Translations under genes and position numbers: made by a program
In this document: one piece after another, positions 56,749 to 64,000 of the stretch
Numbering within the stretch: the stretch's first letter is position 1
How the letters are laid out: every line of letters starts with the position of its first letter
The notes under the pieces: model-generated
The model's database searches: none
Told to the model about the DNA's origin: nothing
The model's input: the letters and a program-made list of their open reading frames with translations, nothing else
DNA from: Candidatus Binataceae bacterium
GTDB lineage: Bacteria; Desulfobacterota; Binatia; Binatales; Binataceae
Assembly: GCA_035493515.1 (NCBI GenBank)
Contig: DATJID010000058.1
Location: 1,201-65,200 of the forward strand
DNA: 64,000 nt
Direction of reading: 5' to 3'

Positions 56749-57234
56749 ATGCGCGCCATGGACTTAGCGTCGCAAGGCCCGGGCACCGAAGACGCAAATA
56801 GCGTGCCCCGAACGATTCAACAAGTGTTCGCACAACGCGCGCGTTGCGCAATCGAGCGCAAAGGGATCGTCATGATGGAAACTCGCCCCGCCTGCATCTC
56901 GATCGCGGATGTCCAGCACGCCGTGGCGCGCACGTTTTGCCTCAGCATCGGTGAGATGCTTTCGCGCCAGCGGCGCCATCGATTGGCCGGCGCGCGTCAG
57001 GTGGCGATGTACCTCAGCCGCGAGCTGGCCGGTGGCGGATGGACGGGACCGCGGCGCCAGGCGGCGTCATTTCCGCGTATCGGGATGGCTTTCGCGCGCG
57101 ATCACACCAGTGTCATCCATGCCTGCCACGTAGTTGCGCGCCGCCGTCTGGCCGACGCCGATTTTGCCCGGCTACTGGACCGAATCACGGGTGAGCTGAC
57201 TGCGGCGGCGCACAAGCCTGCGCATGCCGCCTGA
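56749..57234 (+). CDS. DnaA domain-IV-like (Bac_DnaA_C) HTH protein, phage-associated type
   Basis: IADVQHAVARTFCLSIGEMLSRQRRHRLAGARQVAMYLSREL...FARDHTSVIHACHVV. The start is uncertain. Confidence 0.6.
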   Translation: MRAMDLASQGPGTEDANSVPRTIQQVFAQRARCAIERKGIVMMETRPACISIADVQHAVARTFCLSIGEMLSRQRRHRLAGARQVAMYLSRELAGGGWTGPRRQAASFPRIGMAFARDHTSVIHACHVVARRRLADADFARLLDRITGELTAAAHKPAHAA

Positions 57235-57535
57235 GGCGAGTGATTCGAATGTCGATGGAAGTGACATTTCGACGGCGCCACGCGCCAAACCTTGGGCGTT
57301 GCGCGCGCGGCGGCGTCGCGATTGTCCGCTCGGAGTGTAACGCCGCCGTTTCAATTCGGTACATGACCGCTTCGATTCGAGAACATCGGCTGCGGTCGCG
57401 CCGCGCGCGCGACGCCGCCACGTCGAGGTTCGAAGCACGGAGCGCATCAAGGATCATTTCGCACTGCCAGGGGCGGGAGCAGGAGATGGCGCGTTGGGGC
57501 CGCAGGCGAATCGAAACCCGGGGGAGGCAGTTTCC

Positions 57536-57877
57536 ATGCTGGGGATCATCGTCGAGATAATCGGAGAAGAAGCGGCGGCCAAACTGATCGCGAGCTTCGG
57601 CGGCACGCGGCTGTATGTCCCGCACAGCCCGTGCGCCAACGACGCGCTGGCGCGCGCGGTCGGTGCGGGGGCGGCGCTGAAGCTGGCCGAGATGTTCGGC
57701 GGCGAGCGGGTGGAGTTGCCCAAGCCGCCGCCGCGGCGCACGCAGATCCTGGCGCTGCGCGCCGCGGGCCGCAGCGTCGAGGAGATCGCGCGCGCGATGA
57801 GCTGCACGCGCCGGCGCGTATTCCAGGTGCTGGCCGAGGCGCGCCGCGAGCTGTGCGGCGGCGGCACTTCGATTTGA
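57536..57877 (+). CDS. Mor-like / phage HTH transcriptional activator
   Basis: LIASFGGTRLYVPHSP and a C-terminal HTH RSVEEIARAMSCTRRRVFQVL. The family call is from pattern only. Confidence 0.5.
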   Translation: MLGIIVEIIGEEAAAKLIASFGGTRLYVPHSPCANDALARAVGAGAALKLAEMFGGERVELPKPPPRRTQILALRAAGRSVEEIARAMSCTRRRVFQVLAEARRELCGGGTSI

Positions 57878-58081
57878 TCCGATCGCCTTGATCCGATCGC
57901 CCGCGAGGCGAATGCTTCAGGCGCGGACCGGATTTCGCGCGCGCGCGCGGCTATGGCGCTTCGTCCGCCAACGGCGCCCAGCGCGTGAACCGGCGCTCGC
58001 GCTCGGCGCGGGGCGAGTCGGGATTTCCGGGGCCGCGGGTTATCGGGACCAGCGAGGTTACCCGGACGACCAGTGAGGCGT

Positions 58082-59992
58082 TCACTGGTTTTTCAGGCCC
58101 GCCTTACGGAGGTCGTTCCGATAGCGCTTATTGACGGCTGCGTCCTGGTTGGGCTCTCCCAAAACAAAATTCGGGTTGGTCCGCGTCAACTCGGCCGCCG
58201 CCGCGCGCGCGTCCGCATCACGGCCGAGCTCGATGTAGGCGATGACCAGATCGCAATAAGCCCACGGGTTGCCGGGAAGCGCCGTGAGGTGCCTTTGGAG
58301 TAACGGGATGGCTTCCTCGTAGCGGCCCATCAGGACGTAGGGGTTGGCAACGAAAAACGCGTAGAAGTCCTGATGAGCCGGATCGAGGCGGATCGCCTTT
58401 TCGGCCGCACCAACCGCCGCTTGCGGTTGGTTGGAAACCGTCAGCGCATCGGCAAGGGCCTCGTAGCAAATGGGGCTGCTGGGATTCATAGCGACACATC
58501 GCTCGCCTTCGGCCACCGCCTGAGCGAAACGCTTTTGCTGCCAATCGACGTCACATAGCTGGTCAAGGGCGCCGCTATTCGAGTCATCCAAGGCCAGCGC
58601 CTTGCGCGCCAGTTGGTAGGACCGGGCCAGGTCGGCCGGCGGATTTTCACTCCAGCGGAACAGCACGGCGACTTTGTAGGTTGCGGACAGAAAAGCGTAA
58701 GCGTCGGCATAAGTTGGATCCAGCTCGATGGCTTTCTCCAGCCATCGGCGCGCGCTCTGGTTGTCGTCTTTGTTGAAGCGATGAAAATCCTGCGCGGCAC
58801 GCAGCATATCGTCGAACGCCTCAAGGCTGGCGGTTGGCCGCCATTTCCCTTCGTGAGGAGCGTTCATCTCTTCCAGCTTTAGAACCAGGCCGAGCGTGGT
58901 CACCACCTTGCCGACGATCTCGTCCTGCATCGCGAAAATATCCGCGAGCGGACGGTCGTAGCGCTGCGTCCACATTTCCGTTCCGGTACTCGCGTCGACC
59001 AGCTCGACTCCGATTCGGACCCGGTCCGCGGTCCGGCGCACGCTCCCCTCCAACACGTACTTGACTCCCAGCTCTCTGCCGATTTCGTGTTCCGTAACCG
59101 CCTTGCCCTTGTAGGTGAAGCTCGAGTTGCGCGCGATGACGAAGAGGCCGGGAAGCCGCGAAAGGTCGCTTATCAATTGGTCGGCGAGGCCATCGCTGAA
59201 GTACTCCTGGCTGGGATCGCCGCTTAGATTGGTGAACGGCAATACCGCGATGGAGGGGATGCTCGGGAGCGGCAGCGCGGGCTTTTCCCGCGGCGCAATC
59301 GAGGCCTGAGTCCGCGCCGGCCTGAGCGACACATGATGGACCAGCGCGATTGTGCCAATCACGATTGTCCCCGCCACGATTGTCCCAAGGACGATCGCAA
59401 GCCCGGTCAACGGCAGCATCCCGCTGCGCCAGTACCTGCGCGGTATCCGGGAGGCTTCGCGAGGCGCTGCGGTCCCATCCAGCAGCACCCTCCACACGTG
59501 CACCGGATGCGCGATGTTCTTGACCGCCTGTTCGCGGAGGTCTTCGTAGCCGAGCGCGAGCTTGTTCCTAATCTGTTCGTGAACGGTCCCCGAGATGCAG
59601 ATGCCGCCGGGGTGGGCGAGACTTTCCAGCCGCGCCGCGATGTTGACTCCGTCGCCGTAGATCTGGTCGCCTTCGACCATCACGTCGCCGAGGTTGACCC
59701 CGATGCGCAAATCCATCCGCCGCGCCGGCGGCAGCCGGGCGTTCTCGACCTTGAGCGCGCGCTGAATATCCACCGCGCAATTGACCGCGTCGAGCACGCT
59801 GGCGAACTCGGCAAGCACGCTATCGCCGGCCGAGTTTACGAAGCGCCCGTGGCGCTGCTCGATCAGGCTGTCGATGATCCTGCGGTGAGCGGTCAGGGTG
59901 ACGAGGGTCGCCTCCTCATCTCCGCCCATGAGGCGGCTGTAGCCGAAGACGTCGGCACAGAGGATAGCGGTGAGCTTGCGTTCCACTCTCAC
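58082..59992 (-). CDS. Class III adenylate/guanylate cyclase - TM - TolB-like - TPR protein
   Basis: GTG start. LTAILCADVFGYSRLMGGDEEATL...NSAGDSVLAEF...RIGVNLGDV...GDGVNIAARLE, then a TM segment, IAVLPFTNLSGDP, and C-terminal TPR repeats. Confidence 0.9.
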   Translation of the reverse strand: MRVERKLTAILCADVFGYSRLMGGDEEATLVTLTAHRRIIDSLIEQRHGRFVNSAGDSVLAEFASVLDAVNCAVDIQRALKVENARLPPARRMDLRIGVNLGDVMVEGDQIYGDGVNIAARLESLAHPGGICISGTVHEQIRNKLALGYEDLREQAVKNIAHPVHVWRVLLDGTAAPREASRIPRRYWRSGMLPLTGLAIVLGTIVAGTIVIGTIALVHHVSLRPARTQASIAPREKPALPLPSIPSIAVLPFTNLSGDPSQEYFSDGLADQLISDLSRLPGLFVIARNSSFTYKGKAVTEHEIGRELGVKYVLEGSVRRTADRVRIGVELVDASTGTEMWTQRYDRPLADIFAMQDEIVGKVVTTLGLVLKLEEMNAPHEGKWRPTASLEAFDDMLRAAQDFHRFNKDDNQSARRWLEKAIELDPTYADAYAFLSATYKVAVLFRWSENPPADLARSYQLARKALALDDSNSGALDQLCDVDWQQKRFAQAVAEGERCVAMNPSSPICYEALADALTVSNQPQAAVGAAEKAIRLDPAHQDFYAFFVANPYVLMGRYEEAIPLLQRHLTALPGNPWAYCDLVIAYIELGRDADARAAAAELTRTNPNFVLGEPNQDAAVNKRYRNDLRKAGLKNQ

Positions 59993-60082
59993 CTGGTCGG
60001 GGCATAATCCTGCCGGGCCCAGAGATTATCAAATTTCAGCAAAGACTTGAGTCGCCCCTCCAATGCCGAGCGCGGAGAAAGA
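59894..60082. repeat. Copy A of a ~190-bp direct duplication (cyclase 5' coding end plus its upstream region)
   Basis: Aligns by eye with 61347-61542, with scattered mismatches and one 1-nt indel. Confidence 0.85.
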
Positions 60083-60134
60083 GCTACGCCACCGCGCGCA
60101 CGCGCTCGGTGTTCTGTCGCTTTTTGTTCTGATT

Positions 60135-60890
60135 TTAATCATCAGGCGGGAGATCGGACACTCGCTGGAGCGCCATAAACTTCTTGTCGGGCGCATACAT
60201 GGCGTACAGCCACGAGTGGTGCGTAATCTCGCTGCCACTGTCTTTGTAAGTCATTTCCCCAAGAACGATCAGTTTTTTTGTTCGATTGTCCAAGCCTCGC
60301 ATATCGTCGGAAGTCACGACATTGATTGGTATTTGGGCGTGAACAATCTCTCCGGGGAATATCGCCCCGAGTTTCTGTATCGGCTGACCCTTCAACAGGG
60401 TCAGCATGCGATCCGCGCTCGGCTCGTCTGTTTCATAAAAAGCGCCCATTCTATTTTCTGCAGCTATCGCAGGGCTTTTGCCGTAGTTTGTGAAGTACGG
60501 GATTATTACAGGGACCTTATTAACTTCGACATCGCTAATAGTCATATGGCTCGGTCCAAGCCATGGGCGGTCGCTCGCGAGAGCGTTGACGTTCGCAAGC
60601 CGATTAGCTTCCTGCATGGCAGTTACTTGCCTATGCGCGTAGCAGGCATAAATAGCAGCGGATAGGAAAGCACCGATAGCAGCCAGTGCTGTGACTTTCT
60701 GCCAGAAAGTTTGCCATTCCCAATACGCTTCTTCTTTGGCGCGATGCTGATCGTCATTGGGGGGTATATCGATTGGCACTCTTGGGAGTTGGGTCAATGG
60801 CGACGTGGGGCGGGTTTTATGTTCGGTGCTGAGATTCTCGGTACAGGCTTGATCCTTATTTGCGTTTCCTTCGGGATCTGGTAATGCCAC
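60135..60890 (-). CDS. Hypothetical single-TM protein in a low-GC patch
   Basis: 251 codons, GTG start, one hydrophobic helix (VTALAAIGAFLSAAIYACYA). I recognise no family. The composition is clearly AT-richer than the flanks. Confidence 0.5.
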   Translation of the reverse strand: MALPDPEGNANKDQACTENLSTEHKTRPTSPLTQLPRVPIDIPPNDDQHRAKEEAYWEWQTFWQKVTALAAIGAFLSAAIYACYAHRQVTAMQEANRLANVNALASDRPWLGPSHMTISDVEVNKVPVIIPYFTNYGKSPAIAAENRMGAFYETDEPSADRMLTLLKGQPIQKLGAIFPGEIVHAQIPINVVTSDDMRGLDNRTKKLIVLGEMTYKDSGSEITHHSWLYAMYAPDKKFMALQRVSDLPPDD

Positions 60891-61124
60891 GCTTGTCTCT
60901 CTTCGGTTTCCGCTGGCGGTTCTTCAATGAGCCATTTATAATCTTGTCGAATCCGCCCGCGTTGACGCTTTGTTTAAGCTCAAAAGCGGCCTTCATTCTC
61001 TTCTTTTTTCACACGTTCTAGGAACTCTTAATCGTCTTTGTGCATGACTCCTTTCTCGCAAAAGCAAACTGCAATTAAACTGGACTGCCTTGAAGCGGCT
61101 GAGCTTCCCGCCAGCAAGGCTGCC

Positions 61125-61346
61125 TCAGCATCCTGCTACGATTTCGCCGAACATATCGGGACTTTTGCGATGATTGTGGCGGAACGGGAACTCGGCCAGA
61201 TACAGCGGCAGATACTTCTTGCTGACGTTGTGGTACGTGCCGATGATTCCGCGCCTGAGCAGCGACCAGAGCGACTCGATATTGTTCGTGTGTATCTGGC
61301 CTCGCACGTACTCAAGCGCCTTATGGTCCACAGTCTTGTGCGAATA
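61125..61346 (-). mobile_element. IS1595-family (ISXO2-like) transposase, C-terminal fragment only
   Basis: YSHKTVDHKALEYVRGQIHTNNIESLWSLLRRGIIGTYHNVSKKYLPLYLAEFPFRHNHR matches the C-terminal DDE block of IS1595 transposases. The N-terminal two-thirds are missing. Confidence 0.75.
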
Positions 61347-61542
61347 CAGGGTGACAGGGGTCGCCTCCTCATCTCCCCCCATGAGGCGGCTGTAACCGAA
61401 GACGTCGGCACAGAGGATAACGGTTGAGGTTGCGTTCCACTCTCACCTGGTCGGCGCATAATCCTGCCGGGCCCGAAGATTGTCAAATTTTAGCAAAGAC
61501 TCGACGCGCCGCCCCGATGCCGAGCCGCTGGAAAGACGCACC
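61347..61542 (-). pseudogene. Copy B of the duplication: a frameshifted 5' relic of a cyclase paralogue fused to the IS1595 fragment
   Basis: Same GTGAGAGTGGAACGCAA start as the intact cyclase. One extra base (AACCTCAACCGTTATCC versus AAGCTCACCGCTATCC) shifts the frame into a stop after 25 codons. Confidence 0.8.
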
Positions 61543-61620
61543 CTGCTATAAGACGCAGAGGACCGTCTGTCGAAGGGGGCAAAGAGAAAGAAGTTGAAAC
61601 GGAGCGGAGTTCTGATGGGA

Positions 61621-61837
61621 CTAAAGGTCCGAAGGCTTAAGACCCGTCTTCTTGGCGATGCGTGCCGGCATTTTCGGCCCGATTTCCACGCTGTCATGAA
61701 ACGTGAACGCATAATCGGGATAGCTCTCGCGCTCATGGCTGCGATGCGAGCCACCTCGAAAAACGCTTCAATCGCCATCCGATCGCGAAGAGCGCCTTAA
61801 GAACCTGAGGCGCCTTCGTGCTCGGCCAGTAGCTCAA
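61621..61837 (-). pseudogene. hicA: hicA-like toxin gene interrupted by a 1-nt frameshift in a T5 run
   Basis: The N-terminal frame reads (TTG)SYWPSTKAPQVLKALFAIGWRLKRFSR. The C-terminal frame reads GGSHRSHERESYPDYAFTFHDSVEIGPKMPARIAKKTGLKPSDL. The two frames meet at the run 61759-63. Removing one T restores a HicA-like K.L...GW...R..GSH...H...I protein. Confidence 0.6.
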
Positions 61838-62052
61838 ATTTGGATGAAGGGAATTTCTTCGGGACCCAGTTCTCCGTGCTCTAATTGCTCAGCTAGAACA
61901 CGAAATGCGAGGGCTTCTGCTTTGGCGATAGCGTCATGACGGGACTCGCCATAAGCCATCGCACCGGAGACTTCGAGGACTTCCGCGATCCAACGACCGT
62001 CGGTTTCCTGCTCTGTCTCGATGTGAAGCCTCTTCATATGCCAATGCAACAT
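61834..62052 (-). CDS. hicB: HicB-family antitoxin (UPF0150-like)
   Basis: HIETEQETDGRWIAEVLEVSGAMAYGESRHDAIAKAEALAFRVLAEQLEHGE. The start is possibly the ATG at 62037. Confidence 0.75.
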   Translation of the reverse strand: MLHWHMKRLHIETEQETDGRWIAEVLEVSGAMAYGESRHDAIAKAEALAFRVLAEQLEHGELGPEEIPFIQI

Positions 62053-62189
62053 GACAGCGCGGACACGTGTAAAGCTAGCATATTCCTCCTGATTTCACTG
62101 GTATCTTTGGACCACCAATTCCAATCGAAGAAATTCGCTGGTATGGCTTCCAGTCCACTGAAGCGACCGCCAGTCGGCAGGCCACAGCT

Positions 62190-62243
62190 TCAAGCCTCCG
62201 CTATCGCCTCGCCGAACATGTCGGAATTCTTGCGGCTGTTGTG
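62190..62243 (-). mobile_element. Second, very short IS1595 transposase tail relic
   Basis: The minus strand reads HNSRKNSDMFGEAIAEA-stop. This parallels the end of the first fragment (HNHRKSPDMFGEIVAGC-stop). Confidence 0.4.
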
Positions 62244-62476
62244 ACATTTGGACCAGTCTCGTGTTGACCCACTGTCAACAGGAAACATAATCCCGTTAAG
62301 TTTCACCAACTCGACGCCGCGCCGGTGCCCGAGGCGCCGGAGAACGGGCTTTCGGCGATCTCGAACCCGCGCCCTGCAGCGCGGTAGTGCTTTTTCACTG
62401 ATTTAAATTCCTTTTCAGAATAAAAAAAGCCTTTCCGCCTGAAAACGTAGCCTTTAATGGGTTTGCGCCCGTCTAG

Positions 62477-62494
62477 GGGTGAAATATTTCACCC
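62477..62494. promoter_or_regulatory. 18-bp perfect palindrome upstream of the endolysin gene
   Basis: GGGTGAAATATTTCACCC, ending 39 bp before the ATG at 62534. Confidence 0.4.
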
Positions 62495-62533
62495 TTATGC
62501 GATTCCCATGAGGCTGCGAAGATCCCGACCGCG

Positions 62534-63079
62534 ATGGACCCTCAAGCCAGCACCCAGACGCAAAAGCAATTATCCAATTATCCTGCGGCCTTCGAGCGCG
62601 CCGTCGCCCGCGTGCTCGTCGATGAGGGCGGCTACGCCGACAACCCGTCGGACCCCGGCGGCGCAACCAAGTTCGGAATCAGCAAGCGCGAGTATCCGCA
62701 ACTCGATATCGCGGCGCTGACCCGCGCCGACGCGGTCGCGATTTATTACCGCGACTGGTGGCAGCGCTACCGCTACAGCCAACTGCCCGGGCCGGTGGCG
62801 GCCAAGGTCTTCGACCTGGCGGTGAATATCGGCCCCGCGCATGCGGTGCGATGCCTGCAGCGGGCGCTGCGCGCCTGCGGGCGGCGGCTCGCGGAAGACG
62901 GCGCCCTCGGCCGCGCGACGGCCATCGCGGCGACGGGCGCAAACCAACTCGCGCTTATCGCGGCGCTCCGCGCCGAGGCGGCCGGCTACTACCGCGCGCT
63001 GGCGGCGCTCGAGCGTGGACGGCGGGCCGACGGCGATCGGGAGTTTCTCGAGGGGTGGCTCAACCGGGCTTACGAGTGA
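62534..63079 (+). CDS. GH108-family lysozyme with a PG_binding_3-like C-terminal domain (phage endolysin type)
   Basis: VLVDEGGYADNPSDPGGATKFGIS is the GH108 signature (EGGY...D.GG.T..GI). Confidence 0.85.
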   Translation: MDPQASTQTQKQLSNYPAAFERAVARVLVDEGGYADNPSDPGGATKFGISKREYPQLDIAALTRADAVAIYYRDWWQRYRYSQLPGPVAAKVFDLAVNIGPAHAVRCLQRALRACGRRLAEDGALGRATAIAATGANQLALIAALRAEAAGYYRALAALERGRRADGDREFLEGWLNRAYE

Positions 63080-63232
63080 CTCGCGGTGACGCGCGAACAA
63101 GGCGCGCCGCGCGGCGGCCTGACCGGCGGTGACCGGGCGGTCTCGCGCCGCGAAAAAGAGAGTGCGAATTTTTTCTTTGGGGTCGGAAAAAAGATCGGCG
63201 GAGCGAGCGATGGTGAAAACAAAGGAGCAGCA

Positions 63233-63811
63233 ATGAATCTCGATCCAGCAATGACTACAGGCTACGTGATCGTCGCGGTGGGCGGCTTTGGCTTGGGCGC
63301 GCTCGCCGGGCGCTGGATGATGGCCGAGATGCGAAGCGCCCTTGGCGCCGTGCAACTGCGGCTCTCCGCGCTCGAGCAGAAGGTGATCGGCTATGGCGCG
63401 GCCCCGGCCGTGACCGCCAACGGCAACGCGGCCGCGCCGACATCACCGATCGCGCATCCCGCTGCGACCGTCGCCGCCGCGCCGCAGCCGGCGCCCGCGC
63501 CGGTTGCGCCCACGGCAGTGACGGCGGCGACGGCGCAGGCCGCCGCGCTCGAGCATCATGCAAGCGCGGTCGAGAAGCTCGCCGCCGCGATCGACAGGCA
63601 TGCGCAGGCGGTCGACGATCACGGCGCGGCGACGGTGGCGGCGGCGGTCGAGATGGGATCGTATCCGGCGGCGCCATCCGTATCGGGTGCGCCCGTGCTT
63701 TCGGGGCCCGCGGCGACCTTCTCGGCGCCGACGCATGCGGCGGCGATGGCGATGGGCGCGAGCGTGGCGCCGGTGGCGGCGGCCGCCGTGGCGGCCGCGC
63801 CCCAGGGCTGA
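63233..63811 (+). CDS. Ala-rich single-TM protein, possible holin/lysis accessory protein
   Basis: AAAGGAG upstream of the ATG at 63233. N-terminal TM segment (GYVIVAVGGFGLGALAG), then low-complexity Ala/Pro. The call is from its position after the endolysin. Confidence 0.45.
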   Translation: MNLDPAMTTGYVIVAVGGFGLGALAGRWMMAEMRSALGAVQLRLSALEQKVIGYGAAPAVTANGNAAAPTSPIAHPAATVAAAPQPAPAPVAPTAVTAATAQAAALEHHASAVEKLAAAIDRHAQAVDDHGAATVAAAVEMGSYPAAPSVSGAPVLSGPAATFSAPTHAAAMAMGASVAPVAAAAVAAAPQG

Positions 63812-63841
63812 GCCGGCGCGCGTGGCCCAGGATATACGGCG

Positions 63842-64000
63842 ATGCTCCCGATGATGGCGATGCAGCTCTGGCGGCCGGTGGCGCTCGCGCTGCTGGTCGC
63901 CGCGGCGCTGGGTTACCGGGCCCTGCTGGTGCATCAGCGCGACGCGGCGCGCGCCGCCTCGGCGCATCTGAGCGCGTCGCTGGCCGACGCCGAGGCGAGC
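63842..64000 (+). CDS. N-terminal part of a TM + coiled-coil protein, possible Rz-like i-spanin (runs off the window end)
   Basis: MLPMMAMQLWRPVALALLVAAALGYRALLVHQRDAARAASAHL... Open to the window end. Not in the ORF track. Confidence 0.35.
   Translation, partial: MLPMMAMQLWRPVALALLVAAALGYRALLVHQRDAARAASAHLSASLADAEAS

Noticed and set aside
58082-59992. Cyclase as a Pycsar/CBASS-type defence cyclase
   Set aside because: Its architecture (cyclase + TM + TolB-like + TPR, 636 aa) matches a common signalling family, not the compact defence cyclases. It is retained only as a low-scored hypothesis for the neighbouring ORF.
62570-63967. Several long Arg-rich ORFs on both strands over the endolysin/holin region
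   Set aside because: They are shadow frames of very GC- and Ala-rich coding sequence. The GH108 signature identifies the real frame.

Overview
Visibly GC-rich, gene-dense chromosomal segment from a diderm bacterium: it encodes an outer-membrane porin, lipoproteins, and Sec/TAT-exported periplasmic redox proteins. I cannot assign a taxon from the sequence alone. No rRNA, tRNA or CRISPR was found.

Layout, left to right:
- 1-9.4 kb, housekeeping: partial ThDP decarboxylase, UPF0182 membrane protein, NarL-type two-component pair, nitroreductase, rhomboid protease, dnaB.
- 9.5-19.7 kb, accessory metabolism: MBL hydrolase, a dimethylformamidase-like small/large subunit pair with an ACAD-like flavoenzyme and a MOSC protein, and a CCP/MauG-family di-haem peroxidase operon.
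- 19.8-22.8 kb: a very Cys-rich lipoprotein divergent from an orphan TadG-like gene, separated by an AT-rich spacer.
- 23-32 kb: a catabolic cluster (FMN alpha-hydroxyacid dehydrogenase, hydratase, DOPA-dioxygenase-like protein, serine hydrolase, CoA-transferase, amidohydrolase, MetE-like protein).
- 32.5-39.8 kb: a Tad/Flp pilus island (Hpt, CheY, TadG, TadE, TadZ, TadA, TadB, TadC). No pilin, prepilin peptidase or secretin is visible.
- 39.9-47.4 kb: a stress module (P-type ATPase, APH-like/P-loop kinase, Usp-CBS, sigma54 enhancer-binding protein, Usp).
- 47.8-52.2 kb: a divergent periplasmic redox operon (porin, three cytochromes c, NirK-like cupredoxin).
- 52.4-54.2 kb: a minimal TTQ amine dehydrogenase pair (mauB-mauA-like).
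- 54.5-64 kb: a degraded prophage-like region (acyltransferase, CI-like repressor, DnaA-C-like and Mor-like proteins, endolysin/holin/spanin) carrying a cargo island (class III cyclase-TPR, low-GC membrane ORF, IS1595 relics, hicBA).

Most interesting findings:
- An apparent sigma54 regulon with three promoter matches and a shared upstream CAATTG motif. It links a DosR-like gene set to the redox operon.
- The NirK-like protein appears to have a degenerate type-2 copper site.
- The mauBA pair has none of its usual maturation genes nearby.
- The Cys-rich lipoprotein and TadG-like gene form a divergent pair.

All family calls come from motif recognition by eye. No database search was run.
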